IMG/VR virus record: IMGVR_UViG_3300017649_000186
Location: 1-44,807 of that record
Direction: 5' to 3' (one strand)
Source: a virus
Taxonomy: Duplodnaviria; Caudoviricetes
DNA length: 44,807 bases
The notes under the pieces were generated by a model that saw nothing but the letters and a program-made list of their open reading frames with translations, had not been told where the DNA came from and searched no databases. How positions within the stretch are numbered: position 1 is the first letter of the stretch; every line of letters starts with the position of its first letter. Below, in pieces: positions 1-8,182 of this stretch. A program made the position numbers and the translations under genes.

Positions 1-810
1 ATGGCACAGTTTCATGTTATTGCAGGTCGAGACCAGTCAGACTTTTACCCGGACGTCAAACGCATCCAGATGGCGGATGTATTCGATGCCCTGCGTATGG
101 GATTCGACGACTTCTGGGCGAAGCCGTCGCATTACGTTTTTCTTTGTCTCATATATCCGCTGGCGGGGTTGTTCATCACCTATTGGAGCACGAACGCAAA
201 TGCGCTGCCGCTTCTGTTTCCGCTGATGTCCGGCTTCGCCTTGATCGGGCCGGTTGCGGCCTTGCCGCTTTATGAAATGAGCAGGCGCCGCGAGGAAAAA
301 CTGGATGCGAGCTGGAGGCGGGCTTTCGATGTCAGCCATTCCCCGGCATTGCCGTCTATTGTGGCCGTCGGTTCCTTCCTTTTCGCAATATTCATTGCGT
401 GGCTGTTGGTCGCCCAAAATCTCTATGTTCACTATTTCGGCCCCATGCCGCCCGAAAGCTTCTCGGTGCTGATGAACCAGGTATTGTCAACGGAAGAGGG
501 ACGCAGTCTGATTTTCGCTGGCTGCGGCATCGGCTTGCTTTTTGCAATCGCTGTCCTGTGCCTGACGATCGTCACCTTCCCGATGCTGCTTGATCAGGAT
601 TGCGGTGCGGCGGCGGCCATCGCGACATCGTTGCGCGTGGTCTGGCGCAACCCGGCGGAGTCGCTGCTTTGGGCGGCAATTGTAACCGTCATGCTGGTCG
701 TGGGCTTTGCCACCATGTTTGCCGGACTGGCGGTGGTGCTGCCCATCCTTGGACATGCAACATGGCATCTTTATCGAAAGACGGTCGCATATGCGAGGCT
801 AACGCTTTGA
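1..810 (+). CDS. Host integral membrane protein, DUF2189-like
   Basis: 269 aa multi-TM ORF with GFALIGP..A..LYEMSRRRE and PILGHATWHLY motifs typical of DUF2189; lies outside the att site. Confidence 0.8.
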   Translation: MAQFHVIAGRDQSDFYPDVKRIQMADVFDALRMGFDDFWAKPSHYVFLCLIYPLAGLFITYWSTNANALPLLFPLMSGFALIGPVAALPLYEMSRRREEKLDASWRRAFDVSHSPALPSIVAVGSFLFAIFIAWLLVAQNLYVHYFGPMPPESFSVLMNQVLSTEEGRSLIFAGCGIGLLFAIAVLCLTIVTFPMLLDQDCGAAAAIATSLRVVWRNPAESLLWAAIVTVMLVVGFATMFAGLAVVLPILGHATWHLYRKTVAYARLTL

Positions 811-1011
811 GCGCCGCTTCCGTTTGGCTGGTTTGAAAAAGTTTCCCGGAACGAACCGACGTTTGCGTGATTTTCTGATCTCGGACGGCGCATGACAATG
901 GCGCGGCCGGCCATGGCATCCCTGCCTGTTGACTGCTCCGGGGGTTGCTTCAGCCGTTCTGGTCGCTAGCGTTCCTAAAAGTCCGATGAATAAAGCACGT
1001 CTTGAAATCAT
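799..1011 (-). CDS. Small basic hypothetical protein with possible twin-arginine signal
   Basis: MISRRALFIGLLGTLATRTAEA followed by an Arg/Lys-rich tail; GGAG upstream of ATG 1011. Confidence 0.4.
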   Translation of the reverse strand: MISRRALFIGLLGTLATRTAEATPGAVNRQGCHGRPRHCHAPSEIRKSRKRRFVPGNFFKPAKRKRRSKR

Positions 1012-1161
1012 ATTGTTCTCCCCAACCCACATTCATAACTATGAGGAAAATACGACACTATGTCGAGTCGGGAAGGGGCACGTTGCCAGAGTAACAATGG
1101 AAGGGGGCAAACTTCCTTGTCGGAAATAGCCAAATAATTCAAATACTTATGGAGAAAAGAA

Positions 1162-1209
1162 TGGCGCACCCGAAAGGATTCGAACCTCTGACCCCCAGAT
1201 TCGTAGTCT
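1162..1209 (-). other. Prophage att junction: 3' fragment of tRNA-Arg(ACG)
   Basis: Minus strand reads AGACTACGAATCTGGGGGTCAGAGGTTCGAATCCTTTCGGGTGCGCCA (anticodon arm, T arm, acceptor 3' strand, CCA); no 5' half or D arm upstream. Confidence 0.85.
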
Positions 1210-1260
1210 CCCGCAAGAGATTGAATTAAAAGGGCGGCGTTCCCATTCGGCAAGGAAACT

Positions 1261-1295
1261 ATAGGCGGCGGATAGGAACGTCAACCCGCCGCCTA
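1261..1295. terminator. Inverted repeat at the end of the lysis operon, probable terminator
   Basis: ATAGGCGGCGG ... CCGCCGCCTAT, 11 bp perfect stem just after the stop codon at 1298. Confidence 0.55.
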
Positions 1296-1297
1296 TT

Positions 1298-1735
1298 CTA
1301 TGGATTGGTGCGACGTTGAGCGGCCTCGATGCGCTGGAGAATTTCCCTCACAACTTTCATATCACCGCCGAGTTGATTGAGCGTGGTCTGAAACTCTTTG
1401 TTCGTTTCGAGGGCCGAGGCCGTCGCCTGTTCATTCGCCGTGACACGATAAGAGAGATTGTCGATTGAGCCGTTGAGTTTACGGATATCGGACTCTACAC
1501 CCTTCTTCCACTCATCATTGCGAGCGTCGTTCGCTTTCACTTCGATCAAGCGATCCTTGTGAACTTGCTCATGAGAAACGCGCCAATCCTGAAGGTCTTC
1601 AATGTCGCGGGACTTGTTCACCCAGATCGTGACGCCACCGATGATGACAGTCGCCAGCGTCACAAGCTGCAACAGCGTGTTCAGGTTCCATTCGAACTTG
1701 CCTTTAGGCGGTAGGCGCATTGTCTCCTCCGTCAT
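1298..1735 (-). CDS. Holin-like / lysis-associated membrane protein (one TM plus coiled coil)
   Basis: N-terminal TM LLQLVTLATVIIGGVTIWV and heptad-rich C-terminus; last gene of the lysis cluster. Confidence 0.55.
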   Translation of the reverse strand: MTEETMRLPPKGKFEWNLNTLLQLVTLATVIIGGVTIWVNKSRDIEDLQDWRVSHEQVHKDRLIEVKANDARNDEWKKGVESDIRKLNGSIDNLSYRVTANEQATASALETNKEFQTTLNQLGGDMKVVREILQRIEAAQRRTNP

Positions 1736-1935
1736 TTCCAGCAGCCCGCCTTAACCCCAAATCGATTGTGTGCCGCCACCTGATTGGCGAATGGTCGGTC
1801 AGTCGTCAGTATGTTCACCGACGTTTCCAGGCTTGGCCGAAGCTTCTCGAACCCGGCGCACACACTCGGGGAGTTCGTCGTCTGGCAGCCCGTAATCAGC
1901 GCAAAGAGCGGCAGCGTCAGCAGCGTCCACTTCAT
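1732..1935 (-). CDS. Outer-membrane spanin (Rz1-like lipoprotein)
   Basis: Signal peptide with lipobox LITG-C; overlaps the i-spanin in another frame. Confidence 0.7.
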   Translation of the reverse strand: MKWTLLTLPLFALITGCQTTNSPSVCAGFEKLRPSLETSVNILTTDRPFANQVAAHNRFGVKAGCWK

Positions 1936-2104
1936 TTTTGATTACCCCCTTGTCCTGGTAATATTTGACGGTCGCGGCTAACGCATCGGCTGAAGCCTGC
2001 TTCTTGCCGTCACTCACACCCATACCGTGAGCGATGAAACCGGCGATGACAGCGCCAGCCACGGCAGCGGCGCCCATCTTGAGAATATCAGCGATACCCA
2101 ACAT
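1799..2104 (-). CDS. Inner-membrane spanin (Rz-like)
   Basis: ATG at 2104 coupled to the endolysin stop; N-terminal TM, helical periplasmic part, two Cys. Confidence 0.65.
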   Translation of the reverse strand: MLGIADILKMGAAAVAGAVIAGFIAHGMGVSDGKKQASADALAATVKYYQDKGVIKNEVDAADAAALCADYGLPDDELPECVRRVREASAKPGNVGEHTDD

Positions 2105-2919
2105 CACGCCGCCGCCTTCTGTCGCTGGATCAAGGTGTAAAGGCCATAGAGAACGCCAGCGACCATGATGATGGCGAACGCCCACTGAATCGGGCCCGTG
2201 CCTGAAGCAATTCCGGTCACACCGCCGATCAAGCCGCCAAGCGGGCCCCACGCTTCGGGCTTCTTCAGCGTTTCAACGATCGATGTGTCTTTTGGGTTGG
2301 CCTTTGGCGCACCGGCAGGGTCAGCGACATTCGTCGGCGTGACAGTTCCTCGGCGGGACATTGCAATCGCGTTTCCCACGACACCTGGAGTCGTTTTCCA
2401 CTGGCCTTTCGGATCGACGCCGGTGATACGGATCGTCCAGCCGCGACCATTGGCTGAGAACCCTTGCTTGCCACCGATACCGCGCAGAAATCTCATGTAT
2501 GCGTCGCAATAATCGCGGATCAGTTGTTCGACGCCGCCACGATAGGATTTGACCGCCGCAACGGTCTGGACCCCCACAACTCCATCCTGTGTAACGCCGA
2601 CGACAGTTTGCAAAATCTTCACAGCGCGGGAAGGGCCGGACATCACGCCCGAGTTGAAGACCGTATAGTCGAGACCAGAAGGCAGAAGGTCGCCGCCAGA
2701 CTGTAGCCAGTAGGAGCGCCGATAGATTTCCTCGGCCTCCTGAATCGTCATGTCCTTGACCTGTTGGGCGGTTACGGATGGAACGCCGCGATATGCAGCA
2801 AGTGTTCTGTGGGTTATCCCGAATTTCGTCGGGCCACCGCTGTCGGTAGCACGGTTTGAATAACCGCCTTCATCGCCGAACAAAAGTGTGAGGGATGGGG
2901 CCAAGTTCTGGCGTGCCAT
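2104..2919 (-). CDS. Endolysin, glycoside hydrolase family 108, with C-terminal hydrophobic segments
   Basis: EGGY...D.GGPTKFGIT motif; GVTQDGVVGVQT peptidoglycan-binding-like segment; hydrophobic C-terminus. Confidence 0.88.
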   Translation of the reverse strand: MARQNLAPSLTLLFGDEGGYSNRATDSGGPTKFGITHRTLAAYRGVPSVTAQQVKDMTIQEAEEIYRRSYWLQSGGDLLPSGLDYTVFNSGVMSGPSRAVKILQTVVGVTQDGVVGVQTVAAVKSYRGGVEQLIRDYCDAYMRFLRGIGGKQGFSANGRGWTIRITGVDPKGQWKTTPGVVGNAIAMSRRGTVTPTNVADPAGAPKANPKDTSIVETLKKPEAWGPLGGLIGGVTGIASGTGPIQWAFAIIMVAGVLYGLYTLIQRQKAAA

Positions 2920-2976
2920 AATGCGCGCTCCTGTGTTCTTCCGTCGTGCAGAAAATCACAGGATCAAGCCCCCAGC

Positions 2977-2987
2977 GCAAAGCACAG
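2977..2987 (-). promoter_or_regulatory. Late-promoter motif CTGTGCTTTGC upstream of the endolysin
   Basis: Exact 11-mer; TTGCgc-17 nt-GATTTT. Confidence 0.7.
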
Positions 2988-3085
2988 CCGTCAGTTTACG
3001 CAGTTTGGTTGCATCTTGCTCTAACAGGTGAAAGAACTATCATGGTTGAGTAAGGCGACCTGATCAGAGTGAGGGGTATCATGCT

Positions 3086-3193
3086 ATGTGGCCTTTTGAG
3101 TTCAATTACCAATATATTGAAATTTTCGCCTATCTATCGTTAATTGTAAGCTTAGTTTCAATTGCGCTGATTCTTTGGGTCGGTACCCGATAA
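3086..3193 (+). CDS. Small membrane protein (35 aa)
   Basis: MWPFEFNYQYIEIFAYLSLIVSLVSIALILWVGTR; GAGGGG RBS at 3071-3076; below the ORF-track cutoff. Confidence 0.5.
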   Translation: MWPFEFNYQYIEIFAYLSLIVSLVSIALILWVGTR

Positions 3194-3253
3194 AGCGCAA
3201 GCCCCATCCTCGGTGTTGACTCCTTACCTAGAATAGTATGAGGACGATCTGGA

Positions 3254-4627
3254 TTGTCCATGGCGGGTAAATCGGTAGGGGGATTTATGCCACGCAAGTT
3301 CGTTTTCGGGATGATCGTGGCCGCTTGGTGCGCCACGATCATCTACGTTTTTTTTCCCGGATACATTTATGCTGATGCTTATGACCAGTATCAACAGGCA
3401 TTAAAGGGTACGTTTTCAGACTGGCACCCGCCGGTCATGTCAGCATTCTGGCGGTTACAAATTCAGGTATTTCAGACAGGTAGCATCTTCTATGCTATTA
3501 ACATTGCTGCACTTTGCCTGTCTCTTTATCTCCTGCTGGCTCCATACAAACTCTACGCCTCAGTTCCTGTATTTTTTGCATTAGCTCTTTGTCCCGTATT
3601 TTTTGGGCTCATTGCTGTTGTTTGGAAAGACGTGTTTTTGGCCTGCCTCGTACTTCTTTCTGCGTCGATAATTTTCAATAGATCGATTGAAACAGGAACT
3701 GTATGTTACCGATACAAAGCAATTTGTTTGGTCTTGTTGATTGTTGCATCGTTGACGCGCGCAAACGCTCCCTTCATCACTGCCCCAATAATTTTAATGG
3801 TAACAATAGGTTGGAATGCTCGATTTAGCGGGTTGATAGCCTCTGTACTGCTGGCTGTTGCACTAATCGGAGTAAGTGGACCGATAAACCATAGGCTGCT
3901 TGGAGCTCGTAGCGACAACCCCTTAATTTCCCTTCAGGTCTACGATCTTGCTGGAATATCGCATTTCTCAGGGGACGTGAAGCTGCCGGGTGAATACTCT
4001 CCAGAAGATCAGGAAAAAATAGTCGGAAGCTGTTATACTCCAGTACACTGGGATGTGTATGCTTGGGGAGATTGCAAGTTCGTCGTCGACAAATTGAACA
4101 GAAAGAGTCTAGGAAAAGTCTGGGTGAACTCGATTGTAGGTCATCCAATCGCCTACTTACAGCATCGATTATCGCACTTTAATAATTTGTTGCGTTATTG
4201 GGGCCACCAGCCAGCTTACAAATATTATGTAATGGTTCCACCCGGATATCAGACAGATAGCCCCCAAAACCAAAACCAGATACATAGAAAATATACGGAA
4301 ATTATGGAGCAATATGATCGGCAACCATGGCATTTCGGTTTTATATGGTATGCCCTGTCTATTGGATTACTTATTGCAACCTCCTGTGCTAACAGAGTGC
4401 CGGGGAAACTCGTCAACTGTCTCTCCTTCGCTTCCTTCGCCTATATATCAGCTTACTTCGTCGTTGGTGTTGCAGCAGATTTTCGGTATCTGTTGCCCGC
4501 TGTCTTCATACTGGTCGCCGCAACAGTCATTCTGGTCGGTCAAGACCGAGGTATTTCTACGAGCAAACAAGGTTTGGCAGGGCTTTTAACGATGTTGGCA
4601 ATAATTGTTGCAGGGGTGGTAAAATGA
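3254..4627 (+). CDS. Polytopic membrane glycosyltransferase (GT-C fold, GtrC/GtrII-like); start may be 3260 or 3288
   Basis: About 10 TM segments; PGYIYAD, DWHPP, WKD and DFRY motifs; cotranscribed with gtrB and gtrA. Confidence 0.7.
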   Translation: MSMAGKSVGGFMPRKFVFGMIVAAWCATIIYVFFPGYIYADAYDQYQQALKGTFSDWHPPVMSAFWRLQIQVFQTGSIFYAINIAALCLSLYLLLAPYKLYASVPVFFALALCPVFFGLIAVVWKDVFLACLVLLSASIIFNRSIETGTVCYRYKAICLVLLIVASLTRANAPFITAPIILMVTIGWNARFSGLIASVLLAVALIGVSGPINHRLLGARSDNPLISLQVYDLAGISHFSGDVKLPGEYSPEDQEKIVGSCYTPVHWDVYAWGDCKFVVDKLNRKSLGKVWVNSIVGHPIAYLQHRLSHFNNLLRYWGHQPAYKYYVMVPPGYQTDSPQNQNQIHRKYTEIMEQYDRQPWHFGFIWYALSIGLLIATSCANRVPGKLVNCLSFASFAYISAYFVVGVAADFRYLLPAVFILVAATVILVGQDRGISTSKQGLAGLLTMLAIIVAGVVK

Positions 4628-5541
4628 AGTACGAAAATGTTGCCGTAATTGTGCCATGTTACAATGAAGAGAAAACGATTGCTCGGGTCGTTGAGGATGC
4701 GCGTAAGTATTTGCCAGGAGCAAGAGTTTATGTCTACGACAATAATTCAAAAGACGCGACTAAGACTGTAGCGGCCGCAGCAGGGGCTATAGTGCGATCA
4801 GAGATTCGCCAAGGAAAGGGATTCGCATTAAGGAAATCGTTCATCGACGCCAATGAAGATTACCTCATAATGATCGATGGCGATGATACGTACGATCTTT
4901 CGTACGCCCCGAATGCAGTTCAATATGCTATTGAAAACCAACTCGACTTTCTGAATTTAAAACGCGTTGCAACTGACGCTGCCGCTTATCGGAGAGGCCA
5001 TGTTATTGGCAATAAAGTCCTGACAGGAGCAATTGGTATCCTGTTTGGGCGCCAAATAGACGATATGCTTTCTGGATATAAAGTGCTTTCTAAGCGGTTC
5101 GTAAAATCATTCCCGGCATCGTCCTCAGGTTTTGAAATCGAAACAGAGCTCCTTGTTCACGCGCTTGAGTTGGGTATCCCTCTCGGCGAGTTGGCAACCA
5201 ATTATAAGGAGAGGCCTGAAGGCTCTTTCAGTAAGCTTTCTACCTATAAGGACGGAATGCGGATCGGATTTACGATCATGCGACTGTGTCAGATGGAAAG
5301 GCCAATATTGTTTTTTAGTATTCTCGCTGCCTTTTCTGCTATTATCAGCCTCATTGTGGGCGGTGGAGTGGTAGCCGAATATTTTCAGACTGGTCTTGTC
5401 CAACGATTTCCCTCGGCAATTCTAGCCGGGTTTTTGGGGATGACGGCAATCGTTCTAATGGGGGTGGGACTTACCCTAGACCTTGTTCAACGAACGCGAT
5501 CTGATCTGAAGAAGATCGCTTTCTTGGCAATTGGCCACTAA
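4624..5541 (+). CDS. gtrB: Bactoprenol glycosyltransferase, GT2 family (GtrB-like)
   Basis: IVPCYNEE, YDNNSKD, MIDGDDTY and FEIETE motifs; two C-terminal TMs. Confidence 0.85.
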   Translation: MKYENVAVIVPCYNEEKTIARVVEDARKYLPGARVYVYDNNSKDATKTVAAAAGAIVRSEIRQGKGFALRKSFIDANEDYLIMIDGDDTYDLSYAPNAVQYAIENQLDFLNLKRVATDAAAYRRGHVIGNKVLTGAIGILFGRQIDDMLSGYKVLSKRFVKSFPASSSGFEIETELLVHALELGIPLGELATNYKERPEGSFSKLSTYKDGMRIGFTIMRLCQMERPILFFSILAAFSAIISLIVGGGVVAEYFQTGLVQRFPSAILAGFLGMTAIVLMGVGLTLDLVQRTRSDLKKIAFLAIGH

Positions 5542-5900
5542 TGAAAACTATTGGTAAATTTATAATAGCGGGTGGAGTCGGCTTTGTGGTCGACTTTTCC
5601 TTGCTAACTTTGATGCTTTTTATTGGGTTGGATTCGATCACTGGACGACTAATATCTTTTTCTTTTGCGGTGTTATCAACGTTTTTTATCAATAGAAGAT
5701 TTACCTTCAATAGCGAAGGTAATATTTTTACGCAATTCCAAGCGTACTTATTTGGAAGTCTGATGGGATTAAGCATAAACTGGATCGTATACTCGCTATG
5801 TCTGGCGTATATTTCGCCTCAATTATCTCTTGTAACAGCTAGCGCCTTAGCAATGATTATAAACTTCTTATTTTACAAGTTTATAGTCTTTGAACGATGA
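5541..5900 (+). CDS. gtrA: GtrA-family flippase
   Basis: 119 aa, four TMs, KFIIAG...VDF and NRRFTF motifs. Confidence 0.88.
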   Translation: MKTIGKFIIAGGVGFVVDFSLLTLMLFIGLDSITGRLISFSFAVLSTFFINRRFTFNSEGNIFTQFQAYLFGSLMGLSINWIVYSLCLAYISPQLSLVTASALAMIINFLFYKFIVFER

Positions 5901-5915
5901 CTGATAGAATATCGG

Positions 5916-8138
5916 TTAGCTCCCAACGCCGTTCGTTGTGCCTGATGCCACATTGGACCCTAAAAGGTAGTCGCCTGCAACTACCGATCCTATCTTGCCA
6001 AACAGTGCAGTGGTTTGGCCTTCTCCAGCATAAGAAACCGCGGTGTTACCGTCGACAAGTATGTTCGTCAACGTCCCGGCCGATGTAGATTGCAACAAAA
6101 TGGCGAACCTGTCCGCCGTTCCAATTCCACCCCCAAACCCCGCGTTTACAATCTTGTTCCCAAGAATGCTAATGCGGAGCGTCTGACCATTACCCGGAGT
6201 GTCTTTCGAGATGCTAATGGCGTTCTTCCCCGCTTGGTGGATGATATTGTTGCGGAAGGACAAGTCCTCGTTGCTGATATCAAGTCCCATAGTGGAGCAG
6301 CCTATACCATAGGTCGCAGTATTATAGACATGATTGCCTTCAACATCCACGAAGGCGCATGAGATAAGACCAATAGCATCCCCGATGCCTGCTGAGGCTT
6401 GAACGTTCGTCAAGGAAGGCAAGGTGCCCGCAACTGTCAACGCCACAGAGCTCTGGATGGAAACAATACGGAACTCCTGTCCATTGTTCATGACGAAAAA
6501 CTGACCTGGGAGTAGCTTGTCAAATGATGTGCTTCCCGCCCCAGATACCCGAGTAACGGTACTTCCTGAAGTGTTAACCGTAAAGCGGTCGTTGCGCCCA
6601 CCGATGAGTGTACCTTCAATCACATTGCCGCTGACGCGTCCCGTGTGCACGCGCTGGAACAGAACAGCAGCCCATCCGATTGAGTGAAATCTATTATTGA
6701 GGACCCTATGGTTGTGCACACCATAGTACGACATGAATGCTGCTACACCATTCGTATAGAAACCGTAGATAACATTGTCTTGAATGGTGCAACGTGCACC
6801 ATCGTTGATGACAATAGCGTAACCACTGGAATTACCAATGCTACACTCTTTAATGGACACGTCAGCCGAGGCCCCGACACGTATCTGAACAAAGTTGTCA
6901 TTATTGACGTTCTGGACGTTGTTGGCATCCAGAACAACGTTACGCAGCGCGCTGCCCGACCCCAGCTGTACCTCGCCTGTGGAAACTGCTCCCCGCTGAA
7001 GGGTGGTTACGTTATCGCCAAGGATACGAACCTTAGCAGGTACTGAAATGGAAGATGTGTAGCGGTAAGTGCAACCATCGTTCAGGAAGGCATTAAACCT
7101 TCGCAAAGCAGCAGCTGCCGCAAGCCACATGTTAATTGCTGCTGTGTCATCGGTAATGCCGTCACCCTTGGCACCGAACTGGCGAGGGTTCAACGCCTTA
7201 TCACTCATGACCCACCAATTGCCCCCGGCATCTTGTTCCTTAACAGAACTGGGCAGGTTAGGCTCAGCGGCCCCCCAGTAATCCCAACGAGCCCCTCCTA
7301 AGTCGCCCGGGCTCGCGTAACCAGCAGTACGAACGTCGTACTTAAATCGCGAAGGAAGATTAGATGCACGCAAGGCGGCCCTGTTGGTGAATGTGAAGCG
7401 CGTGCCTGTCGCAAGCTTCTCAACGGTAACAGAATTGTCCGCAACCTCTCCCACCGATGGGACCTTAAAGCTGCCGTCACCGGAAAGGAAAGTTGTTGCA
7501 TCAGGGGTTCCAGTAGCGTCGATGTCTTCAATCGCAACTTTGTTTTTCGCGGCAAGCGCTCCAAGGTCTTCGGGCTGTACTGCTGTTTCAGCCTTCTGCA
7601 GAGCATCTTGCGCACCCGCCAAAAGATTTTGCGTATCCTCTTTTGCTTGCTCGGCAGCAATGGCAGCGGTTTCGGCACGGTCAGCGGCTGCGTTGACAAC
7701 ACTTTCCATGTTGTCAATCCGGCCATTCAGCAGATCGTCAGCGACTTCACGTTCGGCTTTTTCCTGGGCGAGTCCCTCTGAGGTATCAACAGAATCCCGA
7801 TGGAGTTCTTGAAGCGTTATTTCAATTCTGTTCAGGGAATAGTTGTGGTCTTCGATTTTGAGAGGGGCGCCGTTGCGATATTGGTCCGTTCGTCGAGGCT
7901 CGCGGTTGCCCTCGATTATCACATCACCTGTGACCCCCGATCCTGTCAGATGTACAACCGCATCTTCTGACACACCCTGCACATAAGTGGCGCTGACAGT
8001 ATAGGCCGTCACGACGGCTCCATTTACCCAGACACGCAGATCATCGTTGTCGAATATAGGAAAGCCGACAGGGAAATCCGTTGTCGGAGTGGTTGGCTGG
8101 AAGGGTGTGCGGCGCTTGGATTCTGATATTGTAACCAT
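5916..8138 (-). CDS. Tailspike with N-terminal virion anchor and pectate-lyase-like beta-helix
   Basis: T7-fibre-like N-terminus (FPVGFPIFDNDDLRVWVNG), coiled coil, QFGAKGDGITDDTAAI motif, parallel beta-helix repeats. Confidence 0.85.
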   Translation of the reverse strand: MVTISESKRRTPFQPTTPTTDFPVGFPIFDNDDLRVWVNGAVVTAYTVSATYVQGVSEDAVVHLTGSGVTGDVIIEGNREPRRTDQYRNGAPLKIEDHNYSLNRIEITLQELHRDSVDTSEGLAQEKAEREVADDLLNGRIDNMESVVNAAADRAETAAIAAEQAKEDTQNLLAGAQDALQKAETAVQPEDLGALAAKNKVAIEDIDATGTPDATTFLSGDGSFKVPSVGEVADNSVTVEKLATGTRFTFTNRAALRASNLPSRFKYDVRTAGYASPGDLGGARWDYWGAAEPNLPSSVKEQDAGGNWWVMSDKALNPRQFGAKGDGITDDTAAINMWLAAAAALRRFNAFLNDGCTYRYTSSISVPAKVRILGDNVTTLQRGAVSTGEVQLGSGSALRNVVLDANNVQNVNNDNFVQIRVGASADVSIKECSIGNSSGYAIVINDGARCTIQDNVIYGFYTNGVAAFMSYYGVHNHRVLNNRFHSIGWAAVLFQRVHTGRVSGNVIEGTLIGGRNDRFTVNTSGSTVTRVSGAGSTSFDKLLPGQFFVMNNGQEFRIVSIQSSVALTVAGTLPSLTNVQASAGIGDAIGLISCAFVDVEGNHVYNTATYGIGCSTMGLDISNEDLSFRNNIIHQAGKNAISISKDTPGNGQTLRISILGNKIVNAGFGGGIGTADRFAILLQSTSAGTLTNILVDGNTAVSYAGEGQTTALFGKIGSVVAGDYLLGSNVASGTTNGVGS

Positions 8139-8170
8139 GTCCGCAAATATTCACGGGCAGGAATTTTCCA

Positions 8171-8181
8171 GCAAAGCACAG
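8171..8181 (-). promoter_or_regulatory. Late-promoter motif upstream of the tailspike (probably leaderless)
   Basis: CTGTGCTTTGC; TTGCtg-17-AATATT-7 nt-ATG. Confidence 0.72.
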
Positions 8182-8182
8182 G

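Noticed and set aside
1008-1253. 81 aa ORF or a complete tRNA at the left junction
   Set aside because: The ORF is a translation through the tRNA fragment; the tRNA lacks its 5' half, so it is an att remnant
5916-8138. Diversity-generating retroelement, suggested by the BPP-1-like structural module
   Set aside because: No reverse transcriptase ORF and no TR/VR repeat pair seen; the receptor-binding protein is a beta-helix tailspike
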